Shown here: positions 23,761-38,000 of the stretch, piece by piece
How the letters are laid out: every line of letters starts with the position of its first letter
How positions within the stretch are numbered: the first letter of the stretch is position 1
Source: Tubiluchus corallicola
Taxonomy: Eukaryota > Animalia > Priapulida
NCBI GenBank assembly: GCA_030141605.1
Contig: JAQGDQ010000121.1
Coordinates: forward strand, 124,001-188,000
Direction: 5' to 3'
DNA length: 64,000 nt
Notes under the pieces: generated by a model
Told to the model about the DNA's origin: nothing
The model's input: the letters and a program-made list of their open reading frames with translations, nothing else
Database searches by the model: none
Position numbers and translations under genes: made by a program

Positions 23761-24051
23761 AACATCGAATCACCCATTTTCTTTCAAATTTTTTTGCTTG
23801 ATTTTTATCTTTACAGTTTATTTTATATGGTAGTCATACATTTAATTCAGTAAGCATATCTCAGTGTTTCATCACCACGGAAGGAGTCTCCTGTTAGCAT
23901 AATTTTCCCAATATATTTTTTGTTCAGGATATTCTTAGCTGTATCAGCTGAATTATATGGCAGAGTGGAAATGCATACCATGTCAATCATTATAAAAGCT
24001 GTGATATACTTTATCCTGATAAATAAATATGCAAGTTTTGACGTATCTCCA

Positions 24052-24288
<237 letters not shown>

Positions 24289-24310
24289 ACACGCATGTTG
24301 ATATGCATAC

Positions 24311-24587
24311 AAGCTTAAAGTACAATAGCAGATTAAACACCAGAAAATGTTTCTTCACAGTGAGAACACCAGGCCTATGGAACAACCTATCAGAATACGT
24401 GGTGGATCCATCGTCATTAAATACCTTTAAGAGTCAGTTGGACAAACACTTTGAAACCATAAAATATACTCGAAATGATTAAAATACTACTTTAGTGGCC
24501 ATTTATAGCAAAAACCCATTTGTTTTTCAACCCGAACTGGAAAATGAATTTATACCCAGAGGAACAAATCTATGTGTAAAGGTAAAG
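24311..24587 (+). mobile_element. CR1-type LINE 3' fragment
   Basis: Translates as SRLNTRKCFFTVRTPGLWNNLSEYVVDPSSLNTFKSQLDKHF..*, matching the CR1 ORF2 C-terminal pattern RxxFFxxRxxxxWNxL..SLxxFKxxLD. The 3' boundary is approximate. Confidence 0.8.
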
Positions 24588-24734
24588 CATTGACAAGATC
24601 CTCAAAAAACAAATATCCTATGGATGAGGACAGCGACATCATCAGCATTATTCTAATCATTTTTTTATTTTTACTACTATAATTTCCATTGTTGTTGTAC
24701 TGTTGTCAACTTCATTAAATTTTTTGTTGTTTTT

Positions 24735-25150
24735 GACAGCCGACGGTACAACAGAGTCGTTGTTAGGCGCTTTATGTAGGCAGCAATCCAGTTACGTTTT
24801 TCGTTTAAGAAGTTACCGTGAATGGCGGAAAGCTAATTTGTTTTGCGTTTCAATTTGTATTTTATTTGTGTTTTGAGCAGAAGTAACCGCCACGTTTTAA
24901 GCTGTTTTTTGCTACACTTACGTACTAAACCCAGTTTGATTTAAATGTTGGGGTTAAAAACAGTAAATTTGGTTAGTTCGTCGAAAGAGCGAAGGTGTGA
25001 TGTTTAAACTTAATTAAGTGCAAACTAGTAATATCTGATAATCATGCTTTGTTTTAGCCTTTAGTATAAACTGTGTTCACTAAAAGGTTGCTAACATTTT
25101 TGTACTGAGTTGCCGTTTAACTTTTAATTACCGCAGATCGACGGGGCGAA
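24735..25150 (+). promoter_or_regulatory. CpG-enriched candidate promoter / non-coding first exon of KIDINS220
   Basis: Locally CpG-rich with an ATGGCGG (YY1-like) motif at about 24822. The KIDINS220 ATG exon opens with a splice acceptor (31987), so an upstream non-coding exon is expected. The location is inferred. Confidence 0.35.
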
Positions 25151-26812
25151 GCCTATAACTATAAGTAGGCTTTTTGCTCATAGTTGTCTTGTTAAACCTC
25201 TGTTTATGTAACTAATACTAATAATATAATGAGTAATAATATGTATTATTTAATGTAATTGAGCACTATCTCCAAAGTCTATCGACAAAATGTTCATGCA
25301 GATGCTTTAATCAACACAAAAAGAAAACTTTATCGCAAAAAAAAATTCTCACAAAACTGAAGGAATGTTATTGAACCGAATGTGCCTATGTGAGGAGAGA
25401 GGAGTTGATTAGCTTGTCAGTTTGATGATAAACAGCTTGTCTTTTAATTGTGAGAAATAGTTGTTTTTGTTTTAAACTATCTTTCGTTTGCTTGAGAAAG
25501 ATAATTTTTATGTTCTATCCCACTTTAAGAAATAATATTTTCCCTTTTATTTCTTTTTGTAATATGAATAATAATATAATGAAAATCACAATTTTTAATT
25601 ACTTAAAACTTAAAACCAGTAATTGAAAAATATTGAAACTAAAAAGTAAAATGGCAGTCAGTAGGGCTGCTAGAGCATAGACACGTCAAAGGCCTGCAGC
25701 CCAGTGAAGTATAATTTACCAATCTGCATAATCACCATCACAAATCATTTCAGTTGAGATGTCAGAAAATCACCAATTGTTTAGTGCATTTTAGTTTAGT
25801 TTATTATATGCTATTTGCCATAATAGCATTACATAAAAGAAGTGAGACTAATATAATAAAATGAACAAAGCACAGAACATGCAAATATCAGATATGGAGT
25901 TTATCATCATCTCTTACGTTATCTCATTAATGAATTTCCCCATGCTGTTTTCCATTTTTACAGCACTTTATGGCGATGTTGTGTATTACATTCACATGCA
26001 AGCTTACTACCCCCTACCTTCTCCAGAAAGTTTAGTGAATATCAGTTACAAAATTTTTAAAGGTCCTATAATGCTATTTTTTTACGTTATTTTCTTTTAC
26101 AGAGTCGGCGAAATTACACATTTTCTATTTTTTAAAGCAGTTCTGATGCATACCTTTATGTGATATAAGTTTATTTGATATAAATAGATAAAGAATATTG
26201 AAATTACAATTTACAAACCTGCAAGGAACAGCACATTTATAGTAACATACAGAGTAGTATGATGTTACTGTACTATTATTTAAACTGTGTGTAGGCCGTA
26301 TAAGCAATAGGTGTACAGAATACTCCCACTAATTAAATCATGTTGTTAGCCTCTATTTTAGGTAACTTTTCTAGTTAAATTTCATGAAAACTATATTTAA
26401 TCTAATAGCAACTTCCCTTTCTTCACATTTTGAAATATTTCTCCAGATTTTTACACTTTAACTTAAAATTGCACAAAACACGACCGTAGTTGTGATAGAA
26501 CGTCTTTCCCTTTGCTACAAATGGAATCGCCTATCTATCCATGGCAAAAAATAGAGTCAGGCAGCTACACATAGAATAAAGGTGCTCGACTGCATAAAAC
26601 TTATATCAGCAGTCAAACTTTATGAGAATATTTCTGACTTAAAGGTTTAAAGCTTTTCTTCTCTGAAACCTCATTCACACATTCAAAAAAATGCCACAAA
26701 GGTTTTTCTTAATGCCTAAAAATGAAGCACTCTTTCAAGCGGGTTAAAAAATGTTATCTGAAATTCATTTCTTCTTAGTTCTTCATTTTCTTTTGCTTTT
26801 GAAACTCATAAA

Positions 26813-27220
26813 GTGTCAGACAGTATACCTGGTCTGCACAGACTCAAAATGTCGGTAAAGCCCGGGGAACAAAACCTGTCTTTACTGCTTTACCGTCTAG
26901 TTCTTTTCTCATTGATCGTTGCTAAGAATCCCACGTTATTTTTACAATTTTATATGTTGGAAAACGATCACTCTTTGCCAGAAGCATTGTCTGAACTGGA
27001 CATTGGGTAAAAGATAAGTTGGCAGTGAGACATTTATGAAGCAGAAATGATCAGAAAACAGAAAATTAACTGCAACAAGAAAGCAGCCCAGTGCGAAATA
27101 CCAGTGATGCCACGCTAAAACTTTTACACGCTAATATTTTTTCATCTATAAAATATAATGCATTCAAGTAAGTGTGGAAAAAGCTATGATTTGAGCTTAA
27201 CATTAAAAATACTTCAGCGA
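26813..27220 (+). mobile_element. Dispersed repeat family B, partial copy
   Basis: agacagtatacc..ctcaaaat..ctaagaatcc..gcagaaatgatcagaaaa..tatgatttgagcttaaca is shared with 13900-14295. Confidence 0.7.
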
Positions 27221-30200
27221 GTACCTCAGTCTCTCTATAACCGGCGTACCGCGTGACTTGCCCACATGTAAATACGCCGAGAGTCACACATGTGCAGTGT
27301 CGTTCCTTGCAGGATGTCACTTCAGCTTTCTTCTCTGATTTTACGTTTTTCCCGAGATGTTCAGTGCTGCGCTAAATTTGAAGCGTTTCAATGTTAACCC
27401 AAGTGGAATGAGCAAGTTTATAAAGAAATAAACCCCCTTTTTGTATCACGCTGGCCAGTAGTGAATTTTGACAGCAAGTATCTACCAAGGGGTCAGTGGA
27501 CTTTTAAATAATCTTCTTATGAACAAACAGACAACGATGAAAACAACCTCCTTAGCAAATGTAGAAATTGCAATTGTGGGTTCAGAGATGATATTGTATT
27601 ATGGGAAGCCATCCACAAATCTTATTAGGCATATAATGCTCTCTGCCATATGGCGATCTCTCAAACTAAGGACTACAAAATTTAGATAGAAAAACAGGCA
27701 AAAACTACAAAATGTGTTTTTACTTTTCATTTCTCCCAGAGACCACTATTTAATAAATAATGTTAGGAGTTTATCAGTGATATCAATGATATCAGTAATA
27801 AGGTTTGAAGTCTGCCAAGTTTAGGCTATGACTCCAACAATTTTACATTTTTCTGCACATTTATGCATCTAATGAAAAGTCTTAAGGTGATGTATATATT
27901 GTATACACATATGAATAAATTTTGTATATGTTTACTTTATTAGGTTATATGAATGGCTGCAAGCCAGTTTCAATTTCATCAGCCATTTTCAAGTGGCAAA
28001 CGTCGAAAATTATCGGCTGTGGTTGTAGATAACGCCAGTAAGTATCTTTTCAGTACTAGTGTGCTTCTACAGATTTAAAAAAAATGTAATTGCTGAAACC
28101 TCACTGTTCACATGTTTTTGAGAAAGCTGTATTTTTGTGTTGTTTTTTCCGATCTGATACGATACAGACATTGCAAAACATTCCGACACAGAATTTTTTG
28201 TGTATGTGGCTTAGAGAAAAAGTCAAGCTCTTTGGGAAGCTACACTTATTTCAACAATAAAAGTGCAATAAAGTGCCAATCATTTGACATTTGAGCGCTC
28301 CCATCTCATTTTGAACACCCATTTTTCAACCGATGACATCATTCATTGATGGAAAAAAAGCAGCATACTGTCAGTTTGTGTCAAAGGTATAAGAAGTTCT
28401 TTGCTAAAAACAGACAGCAATTTTGAAATATTTCTGCATGAATACTAAGTAAGCTGCAGAAGTCTAAATTATTTTAACTGGCGCTTGTGTACAAAAACTA
28501 TGGTGCACTTACGAAAAGTTACAAAGCCACTAATTACTTAGAATTTTTCAGTGAATGGCAGCAACCACCATGTCTGAAAGTTTGTGTACAGCTTAGTATA
28601 AATTAACTTTATGTTTTAAAGACAGTTTTTTGCAAATATCTTTATTACATTTTTCTAAGTTTAAGTTATGAAAATAAAATAAACCCAATATACTAAATGG
28701 TGTGTCCTTTCCTTGAAAAAAATACAATTGAAATTTGGTAGCTTATTACTGAAATGAACATAATTAACATCATTCTGATTTTCATTTCTTTTTTTTTGTG
28801 AAATTTAATTTCAAAATTATAATTGAATTTAGTTAAATTGAAAACACCATGAATGGAGCTTAACTTTGTAAACTTAAATGGCAACATCATTACGTGGTAA
28901 AAATAAGAAAGGGTTAGCACTTGTGCTTTAGGAAAACTAAAACAGTCTAGTAAGACATCATTAATGATTAACGAAATCTCAAGTAACAATGTCTGAGCTA
29001 AATGGAGCCTTTATTTATCTACAGTGTGACTCATCAGCTGTGGTTAGGTAGGTTTGAGTGTTTAATAATGGCATTCAGCAAGGTGAAGTCACTTGAAGGT
29101 TAATAAGCTTAAATGTAGATTTAGATTATATATTGGTATATATCGTACTATAGAAACATGTAGCTATAATACTATGAGTATTTTACTATTTGATATGTTT
29201 GCACCAGCCGAGCAAGGTCACTTGCAAGTATGTTAGGGTAAAAAATCAGGGGGATAGATTTAAAGAAAGTATTTAGAAGCAAACTAGTAATGAATTTTAT
29301 GGAGTGTTGTCTTTGGTTTTGTTATATTTTAATTTATATTGAAGAACAGTTTAGTTTGAATATTTTGACTATCCTGAAGTATTTTGACCATCTAAACTCG
29401 TCATAAATTTATACTTTATATAGTAGTTTTTTAGTACATGTAAAAGGACACCTCTTAGGTGTTTTATCTTGTATATGCCTTAGATCTACATCAATAATTG
29501 TCTTAACTGTTACCAAGTTATACAAATTTTAGGTTTTTGTGCCAAATTCCACTTCCGAAGTGAATAAATATTCATAACTTATTGTTCCTGTTCCTGTTCT
29601 CATCGTCCTGTGATTTTTATCATGACTTTTTTCTGGCCACAGCCTTTTCCTACATTCTTTTCCTGTGACAGAACACCTTCTGATGTGGAAATAGAATCCG
29701 GTAAGCATGTTTTGATATTAAAGATTTTAAAGACTTAAAAGTTCTCAAAAGTATTCTAAGTGAGCTTTCAAAGATGTAGATATCTGTTTAACGTTTTTCA
29801 TTCTTTCGTAAAACTTTAATCTTGAATAGCTGTTTTACAAATTGAAAAACTGATTTACTATTAAGCAACTGGTTTACGAAAAACAGAGAGATTGTCACTA
29901 GGATCAGCACAGTCGCGCATTTGATTCTTAAAATTTTTTTTATTGTTTAAACTTTTTTCTCAAAATAGAATGTCAAAGAGTATAGTACAAAAGGTAAACT
30001 GCAACTTATTTTATCATTCCCAAAACCAAAACTGAGAAGTCTGCTACTGATTCTAGGATGTGATACATAGATGTTGTTCCATAATATTCTGTTGTTAGTT
30101 TGTATTTTTGCCAGCTATTCCAAATCTCAACACATCAGAGATATTAATAAATATAGATATTTATCAAACACATCAAAGGTATTGATGAATATAAATCGTT

Positions 30201-32001
30201 TAGCAGAAACTGATAATGGAGACGAGGAATTAAGTTACTTTTATAGCTGGCTAACACTCCAGTTGACTTGCTGACAAATATCACATTTTAGTTAAACCCA
30301 GATTTTAGAGTTATGTTTTTATACTAAAGATACTTCATTTAGGCAGTCAGTTGTGATAGCAAGGTAAATGTAAATATCGTTTAGCACTGTAGTTAACAAA
30401 TTTCATTGAAGTGTGAGTCTTTGAAAAGTGTAATTATTTGATAATGGAATAACATTAACTGTAATGTCAAATTTCTAATTAAAAGGTTCCCTTTATTAGC
30501 TTACCTTATCTAATGCTATAAGATTATCAGTAAGCCTTTATAAATGCTTAGTTCCAATGATATTTATTTGAAGAAGAATTGTTGTGTCCAAATATCTGCA
30601 CTTTTATCAGATTTTATTCAGGGATGTCAGAGTCTACCTTTGTAAAATATGCTGTTCCATTAACCTTGGTTTTCTTGAGCCGAATTCAGTGTGTGCATGT
30701 GCGGTGATATATTTAGAGAACATGATATTCATGAATGTTTTTCCAGGGCGAAGTCTGAAATAACTTGCTAAACAAAACACCTCTTTTGTAAACCTTATGG
30801 ACTCCTGCATAGTTTTAAGGGAAATCATAAAAAGTTTTTTCGATGTTCTAATTGCTTTAATTCCAAGTACTGGTTTACATAGTATTGTTGGTTTAGTTTT
30901 TTGAACCCCCGCTTTTTTGAGTCCACCCCATTCGCGAATTTTTCCTGTAACACAAACATTGTTTCCTGCAGTCAGCTGCATTGGGTTTACGTGTCTTAGC
31001 TGCTGCTTGATGAATGTTAAGTGACTTGGACTCTTCAATTGATACTCTGTTTGTTGATAAATATCTGAAAAAATAACTACTGTTAGTCTGTTATTTAATG
31101 CTTATGTAGCTGCATACAGTCTTGCGTATTACGTAAGTGCCTCTATAATTACATTAAATGTGTGTGATTTTATTTAATTTGAATACAGTATTTTTAACAC
31201 TGGCTGAAGAAGCATGATACTGTTAATGGCTTTAGTGGTGGTATTAAGTTTTCAGCAAAAACAGCAAAGTTAAATGGCATGTGTTATTTTTTGTTTTTGC
31301 TGTTAATTAACTTTCATAAATCGTAAAATGTTGGCCACCTTAGATTACTACATTTTAGTGTAAAGAAAAGTAAACAGAGATTTTGACAGATATTAAAAAC
31401 ATTTTGAAAGTGTTACTGTCGTTAAAACAGTTTTGTTTTTCTGTATAATGTACGGTTTATCTATTTAAAGAAACAAAATATAATCTCAAGCAGATCTAAA
31501 ATAATTTTTTTTTGAAATCGGTCATGAAAAGACCGGCAATAACTTGACAGTGGTCTTAGTGTAAGAAAAAACTTGGTGCAGGTCAACATTATTTTGACAA
31601 TTGCTAAACAGTTACCCGATCATTTAGGTTTTAGTGAGCATGTTGTTTTTGTGCATTTGAATTGTGAAAACAGCTGTTTGAACTTATCTGTGTCCCATGA
31701 ATAATATAACCTTAGATCGTGGTCTCATCTATTTTGTCATAGGCCAAGTTAGCATTCCAATTTAAATAACATTGTTTGGCATATGTTGTCTTAGCTGCAA
31801 GTTCATTTTGTTAGCGAGCGTCATAGGTGCCTAGTTGTTTACCAAGCTTGAATATTCCTAAAGTATTATTGATACCCATTTTGAGCTTGTGAGCTTTACA
31901 AGTGCAAATATTTAGATCATAATGATACAGAACTTTAAATTTGCAAGGTAGAATTGTATTAATTGTTGTAAATGACACTGCTTGCAGAAGAGAAAGGAGA
32001 A

Positions 32002-35000
32002 ATGACAACACTTGGCGTACAGAATCTGTTCAGTGCAGTAGGTAAAGGTGATCTCACAAATCTTTGTATTTTGCTGGACAATCTAGTCACTGGCGTAGAT
32101 GAAGATGTAGATCTGGTAAGTTTGGAAATATGACAAAATATTTTATGATCAACCATTTTTATGCAAAAAATTCTCAAAGGGGAGAATTCATTGCCAAATA
32201 CTAGTGCAATAAACACAGTTACTTTTGTCATTTTTATATTTTCATTGTCATTGAACAGTTAAGAGTGCAAAATGTCTTACCGATATTGTTTTTATCAAAA
32301 AAGATTTTCTTTGAACAAAACTGCTGATGTTTTAAAATTGCAGAGACTTCATTTTACATGATTTTCACAATTTGTATGTACCTTAACTTGAAACCTGTTT
32401 TTAGCTTCATTGAGATCACTGACTGCACGATTTTATATTGAAATTTCATTAATCAGTTCTTTGTGTATGGTGTAATGTATTCAGAATGAAACTTTCTGTG
32501 TAGCAGAGTTTTCTGTGTTCATGTTAAAATTTCTTTGTTTCGGAACCCAAGAACAATCAAACACACAAAAAACATAGCTGATACATGACACTGTAGAGTT
32601 AAAATTGGGTTCTATTGAGCTTTTGTTTTCAGGATCAGTATAAAAAATTATTTTGGTCTATTTATTGTATTTATTCATTGCTTGTAGAATGGAGGAACTC
32701 TGCTTATGTTTGCTAGCGAGAAAGGTCACATGGCAGTTGTCCGTGAGCTGATTGGGCGTGGTGCTGATGTTAATGCAGAAGATTGGGATAACTGGTCAGC
32801 ATTGATTTATGCTGCAAAGGAGGGAAAAGCTGACATTGTTGGTGAATTACTAGACCATGGAGCTAGGATAAATCATAGAGAAATGGTAAACCTTTAAGCT
32901 CATTTTGGTATTGAAATTATTTGATTGTTTGGTTTTGAAATTTCATGACTTGTGCATTAATCACATTTGAATTTTTATGTGCTGTTTGTTGTGAAATAGG
33001 TTGCTACTATCACCATTCAAAACATTTTGAACTGCAAATTGCAAAATTGAAAATAGAAAAAATGATGGTTCCCTTTGGCTCATGTCTGATCATAATCAGA
33101 TGCTGTAGTTTAAGGTAAGATAAGAGTATAGATACCAAACTGTGACCGATCAAATTTAATAGCATTGTACATTTGTGCATGTATCTCATGCTTCTGTTGT
33201 AGCATTATATTGTCATATTGTTCTTTTGTACATTGTAGGGTGGTTGGACAGCTTTAATATGGGCTAGCTACAGAGGATGGATTAACGTTTTACAAGTGTT
33301 ATTAGACAGAGGTGCCGATACAAATATAAAAGGAGAGGTAATGTTTTATATGAAATAAAGTTCATTTTCATATAAACCATGGGACTTGGTGTTGTCACAC
33401 TGATACGGGGTTTGATTAGATTGACAATATTTACCACTGCTGTCCTGGTAGAATGAGTTGTAGCTATTGAAATTTGATTAGTTACAATTAGTGCATATCG
33501 GCAAGCATGGCTACTTAAGAGAAATTACTGTAGCTTTGAAACTTATCATTTCATAAATTTAACGTGCTTGCACAATATCTGCTGGCTACAAAATTGTAAT
33601 CTTCTGTTGTTGATTGTTTCACTATATAAAATGACTGAACTGCAATCTTGCAGATGTCTGACTCTTGGCCCATTATAGAACTTGTTTTACAGATCAATGT
33701 TAAGCAGTGTTGGTCCAAAAAAAGAGGTGCTGGCAACTAACAACATAATTTACTGTAATGTAATGTATGATAACATAGCATAACACAATGTAAAGTCGAT
33801 TTGCTCTATTATAAAAAAGTAAGTAATACAACAAATTAACCAATAAATACAGTAAAGTATTTTCATAGTGTAATTAGCTAGATTTTTAATGACGATACAG
33901 AATCGTTAAGCTTAATAAGGCTTTTACGTTTTTTTACGCTAATGTGCAGTTTAAGAAAATGATATTCTAGGTTACATAGAATTATTTGCACCTCTCTATC
34001 ATCTAGACTTTTCAAGTTGATCATGACTATCCTAGTCAATTTTTGATAAACATTAAGCACAAAACAACATAATTATCTGCTTTATTTTTAGCATCATATG
34101 TCAAGCCTGATTTGGGCTGCTGGGCGTGGTCACACTGATATTGTCACACTGTTATTGGACAAAGGTGCTAAGGTTGATAGTGTTGACAAGGTATGTTTTT
34201 ATCAATTATCAGTTATATGCTATACACACTACAAGTATATGTTATTTGGTATTATTGCTGTGATCATTTCCGCTTGCCCTTTCATGATACTTTTATATAT
34301 TTTTAATAAAAGTATTTTTTCAATTATTGTATGGGTTTGCTGTTTATTGTAACATTCTAGTTTATTGATATTCATTTGATTTATCTACAGTATGGCACTA
34401 CAGCTCTTGTTTGGGCCTGCAGGAGAGGGTTCACAGAGACAGTCAAAGCTTTGCTCCGTGGTGGTGCTAATATAGATATAGCTGGCATGGTATGCAACAA
34501 TCTTTATGATGTATTTTCAGTACTTACTGTTTAATGAGTGTATTTAATAGTGGAAACGACAACCACAACAACAACAACAGTAACTACAACAATAAGAGTT
34601 ATTACTAGAAATACTCTTTCAATTGACTAAAGATTTGTAAATGTCTGCATATGCTTGTGGACTTTTTTAGCATTTGTGACAAAGCTTTCATACTGTACTG
34701 ATGCTTTTAATTGAGAAAATGTTTAACAGTTGAGAATACAAGGAACAGCCTATTCAAGAATTGAAGCTAATTGGTAGAATTTGACAAAGCTTTTCAAAAT
34801 CCTGTCCCACCCATGTGACATACTACTGCTAACTCAAAGCGTATAATTTTAATATTTCTCCGTTATCATTGTTAATAATTTTTATTCTTTTATTACAGAA
34901 CTCATGGACTCCATTAATAGCTGCAGCAAGAGGAAACTATGTGGAGGTAGTGCGATTGTTGCTAGAACATAGTCCTAATATAAATGCTGTGGACAAAGAT

Positions 35001-38000
35001 GGTTATTCCCCATTGTTTATAGCCGCTAAAGAAGGTTATTCGGCTATAGCATTGGCCTTCATCAATGCTGGTGCATACATCAATGTCCCTGATAGAAATG
35101 GCGACACTTTGCTTATTGTAGCAACTAAACATGGTAATCTAGACATTGTTAAAGCATTGCTGGCTAGATATGCAGATGTGGATCACCGTGGAAATGAGAA
35201 CAAGACGGCTATCTTCTGGGCAGTTGATCGCGGTAACTTGGACATTGTTGAAGCCATTCTCAAGGCCAACCCAGACTTGGAGATAGCTGCGCAGGAGGGA
35301 GATACAGCACTGCTGAGAGCCGTCAAACATCGCAATTTGGAAATTGTCGAGATGTTGCTGGCAAAAAGAGCCAAAGTATCTTCAGTGGATAAGCGTGGGG
35401 ATACTCCCATACACATTGCACTGCGAAGCAGACACAGAAAGATAACCGAACGTCTGTTGCGTAACCCGAAGGATGGGCGACTTCTCTATCGACCCAATAA
35501 AGCGGGAGAAACTCCCTACAGTATTGATGCAGCCCACCAAAAGGGCATTTTGACACAGATTTTTGGAGCTCGAAGGTTGAACACTCCCGAAGACAATGAA
35601 AACATGCTGGGGTATGAACTATACAGTAGTGCCTTGGCTGATATGCTGAGTGACCCATCCCTGTGTATGCCCATTACTGTAGGCTTGTTTGCTAAATGGG
35701 GAAGTGGGAAGTCGTTTCTTCTGAATAAACTTAAAGGTGAGTAATGAAATTTTTGGTAACCAACATATTTCATGTACCATTGTAAAATAATAATTAGGAC
35801 CCTATACATTAAGATAACAGTATAAGACTTGAAAAGTTGTTTTACTTATATTTCATAACCTTTTTTGAGTTAAAAACTATAAGCGAAGTAGTACTACAGT
35901 GTAATTAATAATGTTGAGGTTAATTGTTCTGAAACGTTTTTTTACACTGTGCAGTTGTTAATTTTGAAATTCAATTCAAGTTGACATTAAAGTCCCAGTA
36001 AATGTCTCTATGAGGCATGCAATCGTCCAGCAAGTTGACTTCTTGAAAGTTTGTTCACCAGTATCTTTCTACTGAACCTTGCATTGCATTTAACTTATGA
36101 AAACAGTCGATTTTTGTTTTCTGTATTTTCGTTTTTTGTTTATATTATTGTTTTGCTTTTTTTAAATTATTGTAAAATTTTTTATAAATTAAATGTGCAA
36201 TAACGTGAAAGAATGATAATGACTATAACAATATAGTTGTTTTGTTTTTCAGCTGAGATGAGCCGATTTGGTAACCAGATGACCGGTCCTCAGTTTTATT
36301 TCAGCTGGCTGATTTTCTGGCTTCTCTTTTTATGCATTATGCCAATTTCTCTTCTGTTAGCTGTTGGCATAAAGTGGCAACTTGGTGTCAGTGTTTTCGT
36401 CATCGCATTTGCAGTTTGTTATATATTCTTTGGTATGTATGAATAAATCAAATCTTTTTTTGCTGGAAGTGTACCTTAGACCCACTACACTACACAAGTA
36501 TGCACAGTATGCTACATGATATAGTACACTACTCAATGTAGTACACTACGTAATACGTACACTACACAATACAGTACAGTACACTATGTCACAAAGACAA
36601 ACTTATTAAGCGTTTTTTCTTATTCAGTAGTGGAGTTGCGCTAGTAGAATAGAATGATACATGATACATATACTGTTTTTCAGCAATAAATTAATGACTG
36701 CCTGGTTTATAAAAAGCTATTTGATTTGCTCACGAAGTTAACCAGTAAAATACAACATATACTAGATATACTATTTAAATGCTAATCTAACAAGACTTAG
36801 TTTTAGCAAAATGTATTTGTAAATGTTTACTTGATAAATTGTAGAAATTTAAGTAAAAGCAAGTAAATGTTGGTACAAGATTAAATTTTAAATTAAAACC
36901 TAAGATGAAAAAATCCTTTGTTGAAATTACCAGCTTCAGAGTTCGAATATATTTCGTAGAGAAATGGATCGGTTAATGAAACTGCTTAGCATATCTCATT
37001 CATTGAAACATGATTATTTACTTGTTTGTTGTTTATTTGATCTAGCTCTCGTTGATTATGGAACTCGTTATCAAGACTGGGCGTGGGCTGAACAGGTCAG
37101 CATGTTTCTTGGCGAGAAGTTTGAATCACTCATGTTACTACTGCAAGTTATTTTCTGCCACCCCATTGCCATCGACAGTCAGGAAGCGCGACCAATCCGG
37201 TATCAGCTTGCTCCTTGTCCATTTATTATTAATATTAGATTTACTGTGTGATTATGGAGTTCACTGATTGTAGCGAAGCTGAACAAGTAAAAGTGCTATC
37301 ATAATTTAATTATTTCATTTAATTATTTATACATTTTGGTTTCTGCACTCAAGGGCAGGGTCACTTAATGTAGTGATGAGACCAGAGCCTATGTTATTAT
37401 CAAGTACTAGCAATAATAAAATTTAGACACTGAACTTGCAGAAGTGTCAGCAATGTTCGGATTTTATTTCGTTTAACAACTGAAATAAACAGAAGTAGCA
37501 TAGCAGCAAAAGCTGCCTAGTAACGTTTAGCAACACTTTTTCCAAGGTCATCCATCTATCTACATCAAGCAATTTGTCTGCTTCACATATGCACTTCAAG
37601 TGAACTTGTACTCGGTGTCAAAATTTAAAAACTGACCTTGTTTACACCTTTACTGTGGCATTTGGTACTACTTTTTGGCTTTTTACATCCATAAATTTAT
37701 TGAAGGCTAGTGTGATGCCATTGTGTTAAATGTGTTGACTTTAGAATTTGGTATCTAAGTTCTTTCAATTTTTCATCTTTTTCTATTAATCTGAGTGATG
37801 CTCATTACTCAGTATACATTTTGTTTGTTAATTCTAATTTAAATTCTGAAACTGTACCATTTTATAGGTAATATTTATTTAAGATGAAATTTTATTTTGT
37901 TTCAGGTTTTTGTTCACAGACTACCATCGCTTAACAAGTGTTGGTGGAGAGAAGACTCTTGCTCGGACAATGGGATCCTTATGTGATGCTGTTGAGCAAG

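Noticed and set aside
29643-29700. Possible non-coding KIDINS220 5' UTR exon (cag|...|gtaagc)
   Set aside because: Splice signals are plausible, but it overlaps a repeat fragment and cannot be verified without transcripts.
30634-31038. 134-aa minus-strand ORF upstream of the KIDINS220 ATG
   Set aside because: No domain resemblance and a non-ATG start. Probably a chance ORF in repeat DNA.
35139-35809. Several minus-strand ORFs
   Set aside because: Antisense shadows of the large KIDINS220 exon.
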